A DNA stretch of 64,000 nucleotides from Nitrospinaceae bacterium. Lineage in GTDB: Bacteria; Nitrospinota; Nitrospinia; Nitrospinales; VA-1. The first letter of the stretch is position 1; every line of letters starts with the position of its first letter. The stretch covers positions 33,243-97,242 of the forward strand of contig JBHHVU010000005.1 in NCBI GenBank assembly GCA_046754465.1, given 5' to 3'. The notes beneath the pieces are model-generated. The model was given only the letters and a program-made list of their open reading frames with translations, ran no database searches and had not been told where the DNA came from. The translations under genes were made by a program, and so were the position numbers. Positions 1 through 9,318 of the stretch are shown here, piece after piece.

Positions 1-846
1 CGCTCCCCGGACCGGGTCGATCACCCTGCCGAGGTCTTCGCCCTTCCGGACGGTTTCCCCCAGGTTTCGGCGGCTGATGAACAATCCGGAATGGCTGGCC
101 CGGATCAGTGTGACTTGATCGGGATTGACTATGAGCGGCTGTTTCCCCCCGGGGGAGGATTCCGGGGGGCCAAGAATTCCTGTGTGGGAGAGCAGGTGAA
201 GCATCCCCTGGAAAACCTGGTCGCTGAATTGCTGCTGGATGCGGAGGCTCGTTCCCGTTTCCACGACGAGGGTGGGAATCTTGGCCCGGTTGAGGTTGTA
301 GCCCAGGGTGGTTTCAAAAACCGGGGCGGTGGGGTGCACCCAGATGAGATCCACGTTGCACCGGGCCGCCAGCGGAATGAGTTTTCTGTCGAATTCCTCG
401 ATGATGCGAATCTGCGGCAGTTCCATCAAATGCAGATTGCTGGCGTGCACGTCCACCACCAGATCAGAGGACGCCTGCAAATCCCGCAAAAGCGCCCGCG
501 ACGATTCGGCGGGAAGGGAGTCCCCGGCGGCCTGGCCCATTTGACGGTTCATGTCAATTTGGTCAAAAGGCCAAAGACGCGAGGCCGTATTGACGGCCTG
601 GGGATTCACGGCGGGATAAATGTGGATTTCCCCCGTAAAGGATCGCGGTTCGGTCTCCTGCAAATGACGCAGATGCTCGATCAGCCGGTGACAAAGATAC
701 ACCCCTTCCAATTCGTCCCCGTGCAAACCCGCCACGAAAGAGATCCGTTTGACGGGTGGATCCAGGAAGGCCGGAAAGGTTTGCTTGATGATTTCCAGGG
801 TGGATCCAAGCGGGCTCTTGATGGTGACGACGGTATGGGTTTCCAA
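1..846 (-). CDS. Succinylglutamate desuccinylase/aspartoacylase (AstE/AspA, M14-like) family hydrolase; 3' end runs off the window
   Basis: Not in the ORF track. Manual minus-strand translation from TTG at 846 (SD GGGGGAG upstream) is open to position 1: ...FVAGLHGDELEG...IYPAVNPQA...DMNR...VVDVHAS...LVVETG. These are the HGxE, NP, DxNR, DxH and E motifs of the family. Confidence 0.85.
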   Translation of the reverse strand, partial: METHTVVTIKSPLGSTLEIIKQTFPAFLDPPVKRISFVAGLHGDELEGVYLCHRLIEHLRHLQETEPRSFTGEIHIYPAVNPQAVNTASRLWPFDQIDMNRQMGQAAGDSLPAESSRALLRDLQASSDLVVDVHASNLHLMELPQIRIIEEFDRKLIPLAARCNVDLIWVHPTAPVFETTLGYNLNRAKIPTLVVETGTSLRIQQQFSDQVFQGMLHLLSHTGILGPPESSPGGKQPLIVNPDQVTLIRASHSGLFISRRNLGETVRKGEDLGRVIDPVRGA

Positions 847-904
847 ATAGGTTCTCCCCCTGGTCCGGGAGGGAAGAGTCCGATGCCCTCCCGTTCCCCG
901 GGTG

Positions 905-2365
905 TCAGTCGGCTTGCTGGTTTTTTATTTTTTTGACCTGGATATTCAGCGCGTCGATTTTGCGCTTCAAGGTATTCCGGTTGATCCCCAAGGCCTTGGC
1001 GGTGGGCACCTGTTTACCGGAGTATTTGTCCAGGAGCAGTTCAAAGAGATGTTTTTCCATGAACTGGATCAGGCGGTCGTAGAGTTGGTCTTCCTCGCCC
1101 CACCGGTTTTCGTTGAGGTAGTCGCGAATGAGCTGGTTGAGCTTTTTTTCCCATTCTAACGACGACGGTTCGGCGGGGCTCCGGCCCGCCTGCTGAAGTT
1201 GAACAGGCAGATGTTCCGGCAAAATGGGACCCTGCGAGGCGAGGACCACCGCCCGTTTGATGACGTTTTCCAATTCGCGGATATTGCCTCCCCAGGAATG
1301 GCGTTGAAACATCTTTTCCACATCGGGAGAAAGATAGACGGCCCCCCGGCCCAGGCCATCGGCAAATTTCTTTAAAAAATGATGCGCCAATAACGGAATG
1401 TCCTCCATCCGTTCACGCAACGGGGGCATGTGGATGTGGATGACGTTGAGACGGTGAAAGAGGTCTTCGCGGAACTGTTTCCAGACCATGTGTTCCTGGA
1501 GATCCTGGTTGGTGGCGGCGATGATCCGGACATCCACCCGGATGGGTTCCTTGCCGCCGACCCGGTAAAACTCATGGTCCTGCAATACCCGCAGGATCTT
1601 GGCCTGCAGGGGGGCTTCCATGTCGCCGATCTCATCTAGGAAGAGGGTTCCGCCGTCGGCCAGTTCGAACTTGCCTTTTTTCAGGTCCACCGCCCCGGTG
1701 AAAGAACCTTTTTCGTGGCCGAACAGTTCCGATTCCAGCAGTTCGCGGGAGATGGCGGCGCAATTGATGCAGATGAACGGCCGGTCGCCCCGCTGGGAAT
1801 AATAATGCAGCGCCCGGGCGACCATCTCCTTTCCCGTTCCGCTTTCTCCCGTGATCAGGACCGACAGGCCGGACCCGGCGGACTTGCCGATGGTTTTGAA
1901 TATCTCCTGCATTTTTTTGCTTTTGCCGATGATCGCCTGAACGCTGAAATCCGAGGGTTCCTCCCGGTCCGGTTCCAACGGCGGCGGGGAAATTTCGCGG
2001 GCGGCCAGAGCCTTGTCCACGAGGGCGTAGATCTGTTCAAAATCGAAGGGTTTGCTGATGTAGTCGTAAGCGCCCATCCGCATAGCCTCGATGGTGTTAT
2101 TCATCGTGTCCTGCGCCGTCATGACCACCACCTTGACATCGGGGGCCGATTCCCGGACCCGCTCCAACAATTCCAGTCCGCTCATACCCTCGAGAAAAAT
2201 GTCCGAAAACACCATCATGTACCCATGATGGCGGAGTTTGTCCAGGGCGCCTTCCACGCTGGCGACGGTATGCACCTCGAAATCCCTTTTCTCCAGCGCC
2301 TTCTTGAATACCCAGCGGATGTTTTCTTCGTCGTCGACGATCAGAATTTTGTTTTCTCTATTCAT
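905..2365 (-). CDS. ntrC: Sigma-54-dependent response regulator, NtrC family (REC-AAA+-HTH)
   Basis: Receiver (VDDEE, D, KPF), Walker A GESGTGKE, GSFTGA loop, LFLDEIG, Fis-type HTH (ALGINRNTLKRKI); directly downstream of an NtrB-like kinase. Confidence 0.88.
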   Translation of the reverse strand: MNRENKILIVDDEENIRWVFKKALEKRDFEVHTVASVEGALDKLRHHGYMMVFSDIFLEGMSGLELLERVRESAPDVKVVVMTAQDTMNNTIEAMRMGAYDYISKPFDFEQIYALVDKALAAREISPPPLEPDREEPSDFSVQAIIGKSKKMQEIFKTIGKSAGSGLSVLITGESGTGKEMVARALHYYSQRGDRPFICINCAAISRELLESELFGHEKGSFTGAVDLKKGKFELADGGTLFLDEIGDMEAPLQAKILRVLQDHEFYRVGGKEPIRVDVRIIAATNQDLQEHMVWKQFREDLFHRLNVIHIHMPPLRERMEDIPLLAHHFLKKFADGLGRGAVYLSPDVEKMFQRHSWGGNIRELENVIKRAVVLASQGPILPEHLPVQLQQAGRSPAEPSSLEWEKKLNQLIRDYLNENRWGEEDQLYDRLIQFMEKHLFELLLDKYSGKQVPTAKALGINRNTLKRKIDALNIQVKKIKNQQAD

Positions 2366-2379
2366 ACGATTCTATCTTA

Positions 2380-3450
2380 TCACCTATGCCGGACAGGAAG
2401 AAACACCTGGACGGTGGTGCCAAGACCTTTTTCGGAGGTGACTTTGATCTTTCCCCCATGATTTTCCACGAGTTTGAGGGAAATGGACATGCCCAGTCCG
2501 CTCCCCCTTTTTTTGGTGGTGAAAAACGGTGTGAATATGTTTTTCAAAATCGCTTCTTCCATGCCGCTTCCCGAATCGATGACCTCGACGACAATACTCT
2601 TTTTCGGATTCGGGTCCCGGGAGGTTTTGATGGAATACCCCGTGCCAACCCGCGTGATCAATTGGATTTTTCCCCGCTCCCGCGAAGCCTCCCGGGCGTT
2701 CTTGATCAGGTTGAGGAAGACTTGTTTCAACTGGTCCTTGTCGGCCTCGATCAGGGGCAGGCTGGGATCGTAAACCTGCTCCACTCGGCACCGTTTTCTG
2801 CTTAAGGATTCCTTTTCCAGCAGAATGATTTCTCCCAAAATCTCATGAATGTTGATTTCCTTGATTTCCAGGGTTTTGGGGCGGGTGAAGTCCATGATCC
2901 GCTCCACCATGCGGTTGATGCGGTCCACTTCCGAAATGACGACATCGAGATATTCCTGATGCTGGGGGTTTCCCAGCTCCTGCCGCAGCAGTTGCGCGGA
3001 CCCCCGGATCCCTCCCAGCGGATTGCGGATTTCATGGGCCATGCCCAGGGCCAGGGTCCCGATGGCGGACAGGTGGTCCATGGGACGCGAAATTTCCTCC
3101 AGTTCCTTTAACAGGCTGAGGTCCTTCACCAGGATCACGGCGCCGTCAATATTGCCTTCCGGGTCCCGGAAGGGTGAAAGGGTCAGATTGGCGGGAAAGG
3201 GGGTGGGGTTGTTCTTGCGCCATCCCAGGCATTCGATATCGTGGAAGGAGAATCCCAAGGTAAGGGTCTGCCCGACCTTGCCCAGAACTTCGGGCTGGTT
3301 GGGAAAAAAATCGGCCAGGGGCTGGTCCTCGAAAGAATCCCGCGACCGGTGAAACATTTCTTCCACCGCCGGGTTGCCTTTAAGGATCTTGAGATCCTTG
3401 GAGATCAGGAGAACTCCATCAATGAGAGACGAGAAAATATTTTGAAACAA
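2380..3450 (-). CDS. ntrB: PAS-domain sensor histidine kinase, NtrB family
   Basis: N-terminal PAS, H-box MAHEIRNPLGGIRGSAQLL typical of NtrB, N box NLIKNA, G boxes DSGSG / FFTTK / GSGLG; no TM segments. Start uncertain. Confidence 0.85.
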   Translation of the reverse strand: MFQNIFSSLIDGVLLISKDLKILKGNPAVEEMFHRSRDSFEDQPLADFFPNQPEVLGKVGQTLTLGFSFHDIECLGWRKNNPTPFPANLTLSPFRDPEGNIDGAVILVKDLSLLKELEEISRPMDHLSAIGTLALGMAHEIRNPLGGIRGSAQLLRQELGNPQHQEYLDVVISEVDRINRMVERIMDFTRPKTLEIKEINIHEILGEIILLEKESLSRKRCRVEQVYDPSLPLIEADKDQLKQVFLNLIKNAREASRERGKIQLITRVGTGYSIKTSRDPNPKKSIVVEVIDSGSGMEEAILKNIFTPFFTTKKRGSGLGMSISLKLVENHGGKIKVTSEKGLGTTVQVFLPVRHR

Positions 3451-3483
3451 AATCCGAATTCTCCCTGGTCAGGCGGGGAGGCA

Positions 3484-3867
3484 TCATGGGGAGGCCTGGA
3501 TCTTTTTCCGGCTTCCCCCCGAGTACGGGTTTTTGGCGGACGGTTTTTTCGCGGCGGGTTTGGGTGGGGCGGGCGCGGTGTCCGCCGGTGAGCTGGCCGG
3601 ACCGGAATCGCCCTTGGCCGGAGCCGCCGAAGAGCCGGTATTGGCTTGTTTCTGTTCTTTTTTCCAACCCTGCTTTCTGGATTCCGAGGGATAGTCGGTG
3701 GCGTACCAGCCGGAACCTTTCAGGATAAATCCCGACGCCGAAACCAGCCGGCGCACCCTGCCCTTGCAACCGTTTTCCCCATGAAATTTCAACGGTTCGG
3801 CCGAAATAGGCTGTATCATTTCAAACGTGTTGCGGCATTTTTCACATTCGTATTCGTAAATAGGCAT
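3484..3867 (-). CDS. FmdB-family zinc-ribbon regulatory protein with an Ala/Pro/Lys-rich tail
   Basis: MPIYEYECEKC...H....C.G...RLVS...FILKGSGWYATDY signature; SD GGAG upstream. Confidence 0.85.
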   Translation of the reverse strand: MPIYEYECEKCRNTFEMIQPISAEPLKFHGENGCKGRVRRLVSASGFILKGSGWYATDYPSESRKQGWKKEQKQANTGSSAAPAKGDSGPASSPADTAPAPPKPAAKKPSAKNPYSGGSRKKIQASP

Positions 3868-3893
3868 ATAACAGAAACTCCATATGGGTGAAA

Positions 3894-3936
3894 CAATTCA
3901 ATCCTCTTGAATTGAATAAAATCCAGATTCCTGGAT
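3894..3936. promoter_or_regulatory. Two short inverted repeats upstream of the FmdB-ntrB-ntrC run (candidate operators)
   Basis: CAATTCAA-tcctc-TTGAATTG (3894-3914) and ATCCAG-attc-CTGGAT (3921-3936), overlapping a possible minus-strand TTGCCA-N17-TATTCA promoter. Confidence 0.4.
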
Positions 3937-3995
3937 GGCAAGCCCGGGGAAGGATTATTCCGGAAATTTCCAGGGGATGGGAAGTTTTACCGGTC

Positions 3996-4913
3996 CTAAA
4001 CTTCCGTCAGCCAGTTCTTGAATTTCGCGTGGTCCCCCCGGACGATGTCGAAAAAGGTTTTCTGGACCAGTTCCGTGATTTTCCCCCTTTTCCCGGCACC
4101 GATGACGCGGTTGTCCACCTCGCGGACAGGCGTGATCTCCGCGGCGGTTCCCGTCAGAAAGACCTCGTCGGCGATGTAAAGCTCATCCCGCGTGATGCAC
4201 CGCTCCTCCAGCTCGATTTCCAGGTCCCGGCAGATCTTGATCACCGCGTCCCGGGTGATCCCTTCCAGGTTCGCGCAGGAAAGGGCGGGGGTGCTCAGTT
4301 TTCCCCGTGAAAGGAAAAAAATGTTTTCTCCCGAGCCCTCGGAAACGTAACCATTGGTGTCCAGAAGAATCGCCTCGTCATAACCGTCTCTCACCGCTTC
4401 CGCCTTGGCGAGGATGGAATTGATGTAATAGCCGCAAGCCTTGGCCCGGGTCAGGGTGATGTTCACATGGTGCCGGGTGAAGGAAGAGACGCGGACGCGG
4501 ATCCCCTGGGTCAGGCTGTCGTCGCCCAGGTAGGTGCCCCAGGGCCAGGCCGCGATGGCAACCCGGACATCCACCCCGTCCGGATTCAACCCCATCTTGT
4601 TGTTTCCCAGGAAAACGATCGGCCGGATGTAGCATTCCTCAAGGTGGTTTTCTCGGACCACCGTGAGGATGGTCTGAAATATCTCTTCTTTTGAATAGGG
4701 GACCTCGATGCCCAGAATGACCGCCGAGTTGAACAGGCGTTCCACATGCTCGGTAAGCCGAAAGATGACCGATTTGTTATTATGGGTCCGGTAACAGCGG
4801 ATGCCCTCGAAAACGCCAAGCCCGTAATGCAGCGTGTGAGTTAAAACATGGACGTTGGCTTCATGCCAAGGGACCATTTTCCCGTCGAGCCAAATTTTAT
4901 CCGATTTTTCCAA
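3996..4913 (-). CDS. ilvE: Branched-chain amino acid aminotransferase
   Basis: LHYGLGVFEGIRCY, YIRP, AKACGYY (PLP lysine), EGSGEN, LEGITR, FLTGTAAEITPV; TTG start with SD GAGAGGG. Confidence 0.95.
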   Translation of the reverse strand: MEKSDKIWLDGKMVPWHEANVHVLTHTLHYGLGVFEGIRCYRTHNNKSVIFRLTEHVERLFNSAVILGIEVPYSKEEIFQTILTVVRENHLEECYIRPIVFLGNNKMGLNPDGVDVRVAIAAWPWGTYLGDDSLTQGIRVRVSSFTRHHVNITLTRAKACGYYINSILAKAEAVRDGYDEAILLDTNGYVSEGSGENIFFLSRGKLSTPALSCANLEGITRDAVIKICRDLEIELEERCITRDELYIADEVFLTGTAAEITPVREVDNRVIGAGKRGKITELVQKTFFDIVRGDHAKFKNWLTEV

Positions 4914-4994
4914 AAAACCCTCTCGATTGGGGTGAAACCTTATAATCTATGATATTATTGGCCCTTGCGATTAAAATCAAGGCAAATAAAGCCA

Positions 4995-5023
4995 TTGACA
5001 TGGTAAAATAGGTTTGTTAGTTT
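4995..5023 (+). promoter_or_regulatory. Sigma70-type promoter of the tRNA pair
   Basis: TTGACA (4995-5000), 17 nt spacer, TAGTTT (5018-5023) with extended TG; 15 nt upstream of tRNA-Lys. Confidence 0.7.
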
Positions 5024-5038
5024 TCTGCTTCCATGCGT

Positions 5039-5111
5039 GGGCCGCTAGCTCAGTTGGTAGAGCACCTGCCTTTTAAGCAGGTGGTCGAAGGTTCGATCCC
5101 TTCGCGGCTCA
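5039..5111 (+). tRNA. tRNA-Lys (anticodon TTT); CCA not encoded
   Basis: Acceptor GGGCCGC/GCGGCTC, D arm GCTCAGTTGGTAGAGC, anticodon arm CCTGC-CTTTTAA-GCAGG, T arm GAAGG-TTCGATC-CCTTC. Confidence 0.96.
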
Positions 5112-5137
5112 CTTTTTTCATATTATCCGACCGAAAC

Positions 5138-5215
5138 GTCCCCATCGTCTAGCCCGGCCCAGGACACCGGCCTTTCACGCCGGCGACGCGGGTTCGAATC
5201 CCGCTGGGGACGCCA
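5138..5215 (+). tRNA. tRNA-Glu (anticodon TTC)
   Basis: Acceptor GTCCCCA/TGGGGAC, anticodon arm CCGGC-CTTTCAC-GCCGG, T arm GCGGG-TTCGAAT-CCCGC, encoded CCA end. Confidence 0.96.
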
Positions 5216-5462
5216 CTCCTCCGCAGAGGGCGAGTTTGATCACCACGCTCAAAGCTTTTTGGCGTGGGTTCGAACTTTCCGGAAGCGGAAAGGGGTCAAG
5301 TCTCCTCTTACCTGCATTTCGATAATATGGCCTGGACGGGCAGAGGGATTCCAAGATGACTCTTTTTGCCTCCACCGCCCTCGTGTACTTGGGGCTTAAG
5401 GCCCTGGTCGCCCGGGATAGCGCCAGGCGTTTGGCGGCACTCGGCGGAACAGAGAAACTCTT

Positions 5463-5551
5463 TTCACCGCAAAGGCGCAAAGGACGCAGAGAAAGCCTTA
5501 AAAAATAGTGGGGTTTTGGTTTCTTTGCGATCTTTGCGTCTCTGCGGTAAA
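5463..5551. repeat. Imperfect ~32-bp inverted repeat built from tandem CGCA(A/G)AG units (REP/MITE-like palindrome)
   Basis: Left arm TTCACCGCAAAGGCGCAAAGGACGCAGAGAAA; reverse complement of right arm TTTACCGCAGAGACGCAAAGATCGCAAAGAAA; ~25 nt spacer. Confidence 0.8.
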
Positions 5552-6100
5552 CAACTGGTTTTGTTTTTCCACCTGCGGAAGAGGTCACCCATTAGCGGGC
5601 TCCGTGTCAACAGACAAACGTCCCCCCAGTTCATGGAGGCGCAGCCTGCATGAAGCCATTTGCTCATTTTCTCCTTCGCACCGGTTGAAGCATTTCGTCA
5701 CGCATCCGGGTTTTCGTTTGCTGGATATCAAGTCCTTTTTTGACTACAACCTGTGGAAAATTTTGCTTGAAGGACCTGCCGCATTATTAAAGGTTACGCC
5801 CACTCTGGCAAAAACAAAGCAGACAGGGAAAAGCGAACCACCCTCATCCCAGCCCGTCACCCCTTGGGTGCTCCCAATGGGAGAAAGAGTTCCATCCCCT
5901 CCCTCTTGGAAGACCCGAGGTGGAAATTTTATCCTCTCGAAACGATTTTTTCCTTCATTTTTCCGCGGTTGGCGGGCCTTGGGCGATTTTTCTCATTTAG
6001 AGAGTGATTTCATATTTTCGGACGTGATATCATATCCTCTTCATCCTAGCCAACGATTAGAAATCAACCCGGGCGCCTGCTGAATTTCCCATAACCCCTT

Positions 6101-7564
6101 ATGCTTGATCCACAAAAAGTAAAAACCTATCTCACCTTCGACGACGTGCTGCTTCTTCCGGCCTATTCCAAGGTGTTGCCGAGCGAAGTGGACCTGGGCA
6201 CGCACCTGACCCGAAAGATCCGCCTGCACTGTCCGCTAGTCAGCGCGCCGATGGATACGGTGACCGAGGCGAATCTCGCCATCGTCCTGGCCCAGGAAGG
6301 GGGAATCGGGATCATCCACCGTAACCTGCTGCCCGACCAGCAGCGCAAGATGGTCGACAAGGTCAAACGCTCCGTCAGCGCCATGATTCCCGACCCCATC
6401 ACCATGGCGCCGGACCAGAAAATCCACCAGGCGCTGGAGGTCATGAAAAAATACAATATTTCCGGCATCCCCATTACCAACGGTAAAAAGCTGGTGGGCA
6501 TCCTGACCAACCGCGACCTGAGGTTTGAGACCAACCTCGACAAAACCGTGCAATCGTTGATGACCAAAAAACTGGTCACGATTCCCGAAGGGACCCCGCT
6601 GGATAAATCCAAAAAGCTCCTGCACGAAAACCGGATCGAAAAACTCCTCGTCGTGGACAAGAATGGGAACCTGAAAGGGTTGATCACCATCAAGGATATC
6701 GAGAAGGCCGGGCGCTTTCCCCTGGCCGCGAAGGATTCAAAGGGCCGCCTGCTGGTGGGCGCGGCACTCGGTGTCTCCTCCAACCCGCTGGAACACGTCG
6801 AGGCGCTGATCCACGTGGGGCTGGACGTCCTGGTGATCGACAGCGCCCACGGTCATTCGGAAAAAGTCCTGCAGGCCATTCGGGAGATCAAAAAAAGTTT
6901 TCCGAAACTTCAGGTCATTGGCGGCAACGTGGCCACGGCGGAAGGCACCGAGGCACTCATCCGGGCCGGGGCCGATGCCGTCAAGGTGGGGATCGGTCCC
7001 GGGTCGATCTGCACCACGCGGGTGGTCACCGGGGTGGGGGTTCCTCAGATCTCGGCCATCGTGGAATGCGTCAGGGCGGGGGAAAAGAAAGGCGTGCCGA
7101 TCATCTCCGACGGCGGGATCAAGCATTCCGGCGACGTCTCCAAGGCCATCGCCGCCGGGGCGCACACCGTCATGATCGGGTCCCTGTTCGCCGGCACTGA
7201 GGAAAGTCCCGGAGAAAAAATTCTCTACCAGGGCAGGAGCTATAAGGAATACCGCGGCATGGGCTCGGTGGGGGCCATGTCCCAGGGGTCGAGCGACCGG
7301 TATTTCCAGGACCGCGAATTATCGGAAAGCAAGCTGGTGCCCGAAGGGGTAGAAGCGCGCATCCCCTACCGGGGATCCCTTTCCTTTACCGTGCACCAAC
7401 TGCTGGGTGGCCTTCGCGCCGGCATGGGATACTGCGGCTGCAAAAACATCGAGGAACTGAGAGAAAAATCCACGTTCATCAAAACCACCCCTTCCGGATT
7501 AAAGGAAAGTCACGTCCACGACGTGATCGTGACTAAAGAAGCACCCAATTACCATATCGAGTAG
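6101..7564 (+). CDS. guaB: IMP dehydrogenase
   Basis: [19 protein letters not shown], tandem CBS domains, [11 protein letters not shown] (catalytic Cys), YRGMGS, VPEGVE. Confidence 0.98.
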   Translation: MLDPQKVKTYLTFDDVLLLPAYSKVLPSEVDLGTHLTRKIRLHCPLVSAPMDTVTEANLAIVLAQEGGIGIIHRNLLPDQQRKMVDKVKRSVSAMIPDPITMAPDQKIHQALEVMKKYNISGIPITNGKKLVGILTNRDLRFETNLDKTVQSLMTKKLVTIPEGTPLDKSKKLLHENRIEKLLVVDKNGNLKGLITIKDIEKAGRFPLAAKDSKGRLLVGAALGVSSNPLEHVEALIHVGLDVLVIDSAHGHSEKVLQAIREIKKSFPKLQVIGGNVATAEGTEALIRAGADAVKVGIGPGSICTTRVVTGVGVPQISAIVECVRAGEKKGVPIISDGGIKHSGDVSKAIAAGAHTVMIGSLFAGTEESPGEKILYQGRSYKEYRGMGSVGAMSQGSSDRYFQDRELSESKLVPEGVEARIPYRGSLSFTVHQLLGGLRAGMGYCGCKNIEELREKSTFIKTTPSGLKESHVHDVIVTKEAPNYHIE

Positions 7565-7665
7565 ACCGGCAACCCGGCCTTCCTCGATAAAGGAAAGGAC
7601 CCCGGGGGCGGGAAGGACCGGCCCCCGGCGAGGAATATTTATCGCCTTGCATCTTCCCTGATTCC

Positions 7666-9219
7666 ATGACCACCGATACGCTGCACGAACAGAAAATCCT
7701 CATCCTGGATTTCGGGTCGCAATACACCCAGAACATCGCGCGAAAAGTGCGTGAACGCCAGGTGTACTGCGAGATTCATCCCTGCACCTGGACGATGGAG
7801 GAGATCACCGCTTTTCAACCCAGAGGCATCATCCTTTCCGGAGGCCCGGCCAGCGTTCTGGAGAATGGAGCCCCCGTCATCAACCGCGAACTCTTTGAGA
7901 TGGGAATTCCCATTCTCGGAATCTGTTACGGGATGCAGCTCATCACCCATCTCCTCAACGGCAGGGTGGACCCATCCGGCAAAAAGGAATTCGGCCGCGC
8001 CGAACTGATGATCAAGGAATTCTCTCACCTCTTTCACGGGGTCAAGAACAATTCGACCGTCTGGATGAGCCACGGGGACCGGATTTCCAAGCTGCCGGCC
8101 GGATTCAAGTCGACGGCCTTCACCGACAATTCCCCCATCGCGGCCATCGAAAATCCCCTGGCAAAAATTTACGGGCTCCAGTTCCATCCCGAGGTGGTCC
8201 ATACCGCCCAGGGAGGAAAAATCCTCGAAAACTTCCTCTTCAAGGTTTGCGGCTGCGTGCCCAACTGGAAAATGGATTCCCTCGCCGAATACGCGGCGGG
8301 AAATATCCGGGAGCAGGTAGGCTCCGCGAACGTACTCTGCGCCCTGAGCGGCGGGGTGGATTCGTCGGTGGTGGCCCTACTGGTCCACAAGGCCATCGGC
8401 AACCACCTGACCTGCATCTTCATCGACAACGGCCTGCTGCGGACGGGGGAAAGAGAAAAAGTGGAACGCACCTTCCGGGAACATTTCCACATCAACCTGG
8501 AAGTGATCGATGCGTCCCGGCGGTTCCTGGAACGGCTCGATGGGGTGATCGATCCGGAGAAGAAACGGAAAATCATCGGCAACGTTTTCATCGAGGTGTT
8601 CGAGGAGGAAGCCCACCGTCTGGGAGATTTCACTTTCCTCGCGCAGGGAACGCTTTATCCCGACGTCATCGAATCGGTATCTTTCAAGGGACCCTCGGCG
8701 GTGATCAAGACCCATCACAACGTGGGTGGCCTGCCGGAAAAAATGCGGCTCAAACTCCTCGAACCGTTGCGGGAACTGTTCAAGGACGAAGTGCGCTCCC
8801 TGGGGCGGGAACTCGGCATGCCGGAGGAAATTATCAACCGCCAGCCTTTTCCCGGTCCGGGCCTCGCCATCCGCATCCTCGACGCCGTCACTCCCGACCG
8901 GCTCACCATCCTGAGGGCGGCGGACAAGATTATCCTGGAGGAAGTGAAAGCCGCTGGATTGTACAACCAGATTTGGCAGGCCTTCGCCGTGCTGCTCCCG
9001 GTCAAGACTGTCGGCGTCATGGGCGATTCGCGGACTTACGAAAACGTCATCGGGATCCGCGCCGTCACCAGCACCGACGGCATGACCGCCGACTGGGTGC
9101 ACCTGCCCTATGACCTGTTGGGAAAACTCTCCAACCGCATCATCAACGAGGTGGAGGGCGTCAACCGCGTGGTCTACGACATCAGTTCCAAACCCCCCAG
9201 CACCATCGAGTGGGAATAA
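7666..9219 (+). CDS. guaA: GMP synthase (glutamine-hydrolysing)
   Basis: [33 protein letters not shown]-terminal KPPSTIEWE. Confidence 0.98.
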   Translation: MTTDTLHEQKILILDFGSQYTQNIARKVRERQVYCEIHPCTWTMEEITAFQPRGIILSGGPASVLENGAPVINRELFEMGIPILGICYGMQLITHLLNGRVDPSGKKEFGRAELMIKEFSHLFHGVKNNSTVWMSHGDRISKLPAGFKSTAFTDNSPIAAIENPLAKIYGLQFHPEVVHTAQGGKILENFLFKVCGCVPNWKMDSLAEYAAGNIREQVGSANVLCALSGGVDSSVVALLVHKAIGNHLTCIFIDNGLLRTGEREKVERTFREHFHINLEVIDASRRFLERLDGVIDPEKKRKIIGNVFIEVFEEEAHRLGDFTFLAQGTLYPDVIESVSFKGPSAVIKTHHNVGGLPEKMRLKLLEPLRELFKDEVRSLGRELGMPEEIINRQPFPGPGLAIRILDAVTPDRLTILRAADKIILEEVKAAGLYNQIWQAFAVLLPVKTVGVMGDSRTYENVIGIRAVTSTDGMTADWVHLPYDLLGKLSNRIINEVEGVNRVVYDISSKPPSTIEWE

Positions 9220-9318
9220 AACTCCGGCCCCGAAACCCTGTTGTCCATTCTGGAATTTCGCCTGTTATGCGAGGGCGGGCGTAAAAGGATTATAATGGGA
9301 AGCAATATTATATGCAGG

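Noticed and set aside
91..936. 281-aa plus-strand ORF in the track
   Set aside because: It is the antisense shadow of the minus-strand AstE/AspA gene, which has clear motifs and an SD.
5262..5278. GGGTTCGAA resembling a tRNA T-arm or an att duplication of tRNA-Glu
   Set aside because: The match is only ~9-12 nt, there is no cloverleaf or acceptor stem, and no integrase is nearby.
5175..6083. ORFs 5175-5588(-), 5366-5653(+) and 5508-6083(+)
   Set aside because: They overlap tRNA-Glu or translate the palindromic repeat, and lack convincing SD or domain features.
5900..6100. Possible purine riboswitch upstream of guaB
   Set aside because: No purine-riboswitch consensus or expression-platform terminator could be recognised by eye.
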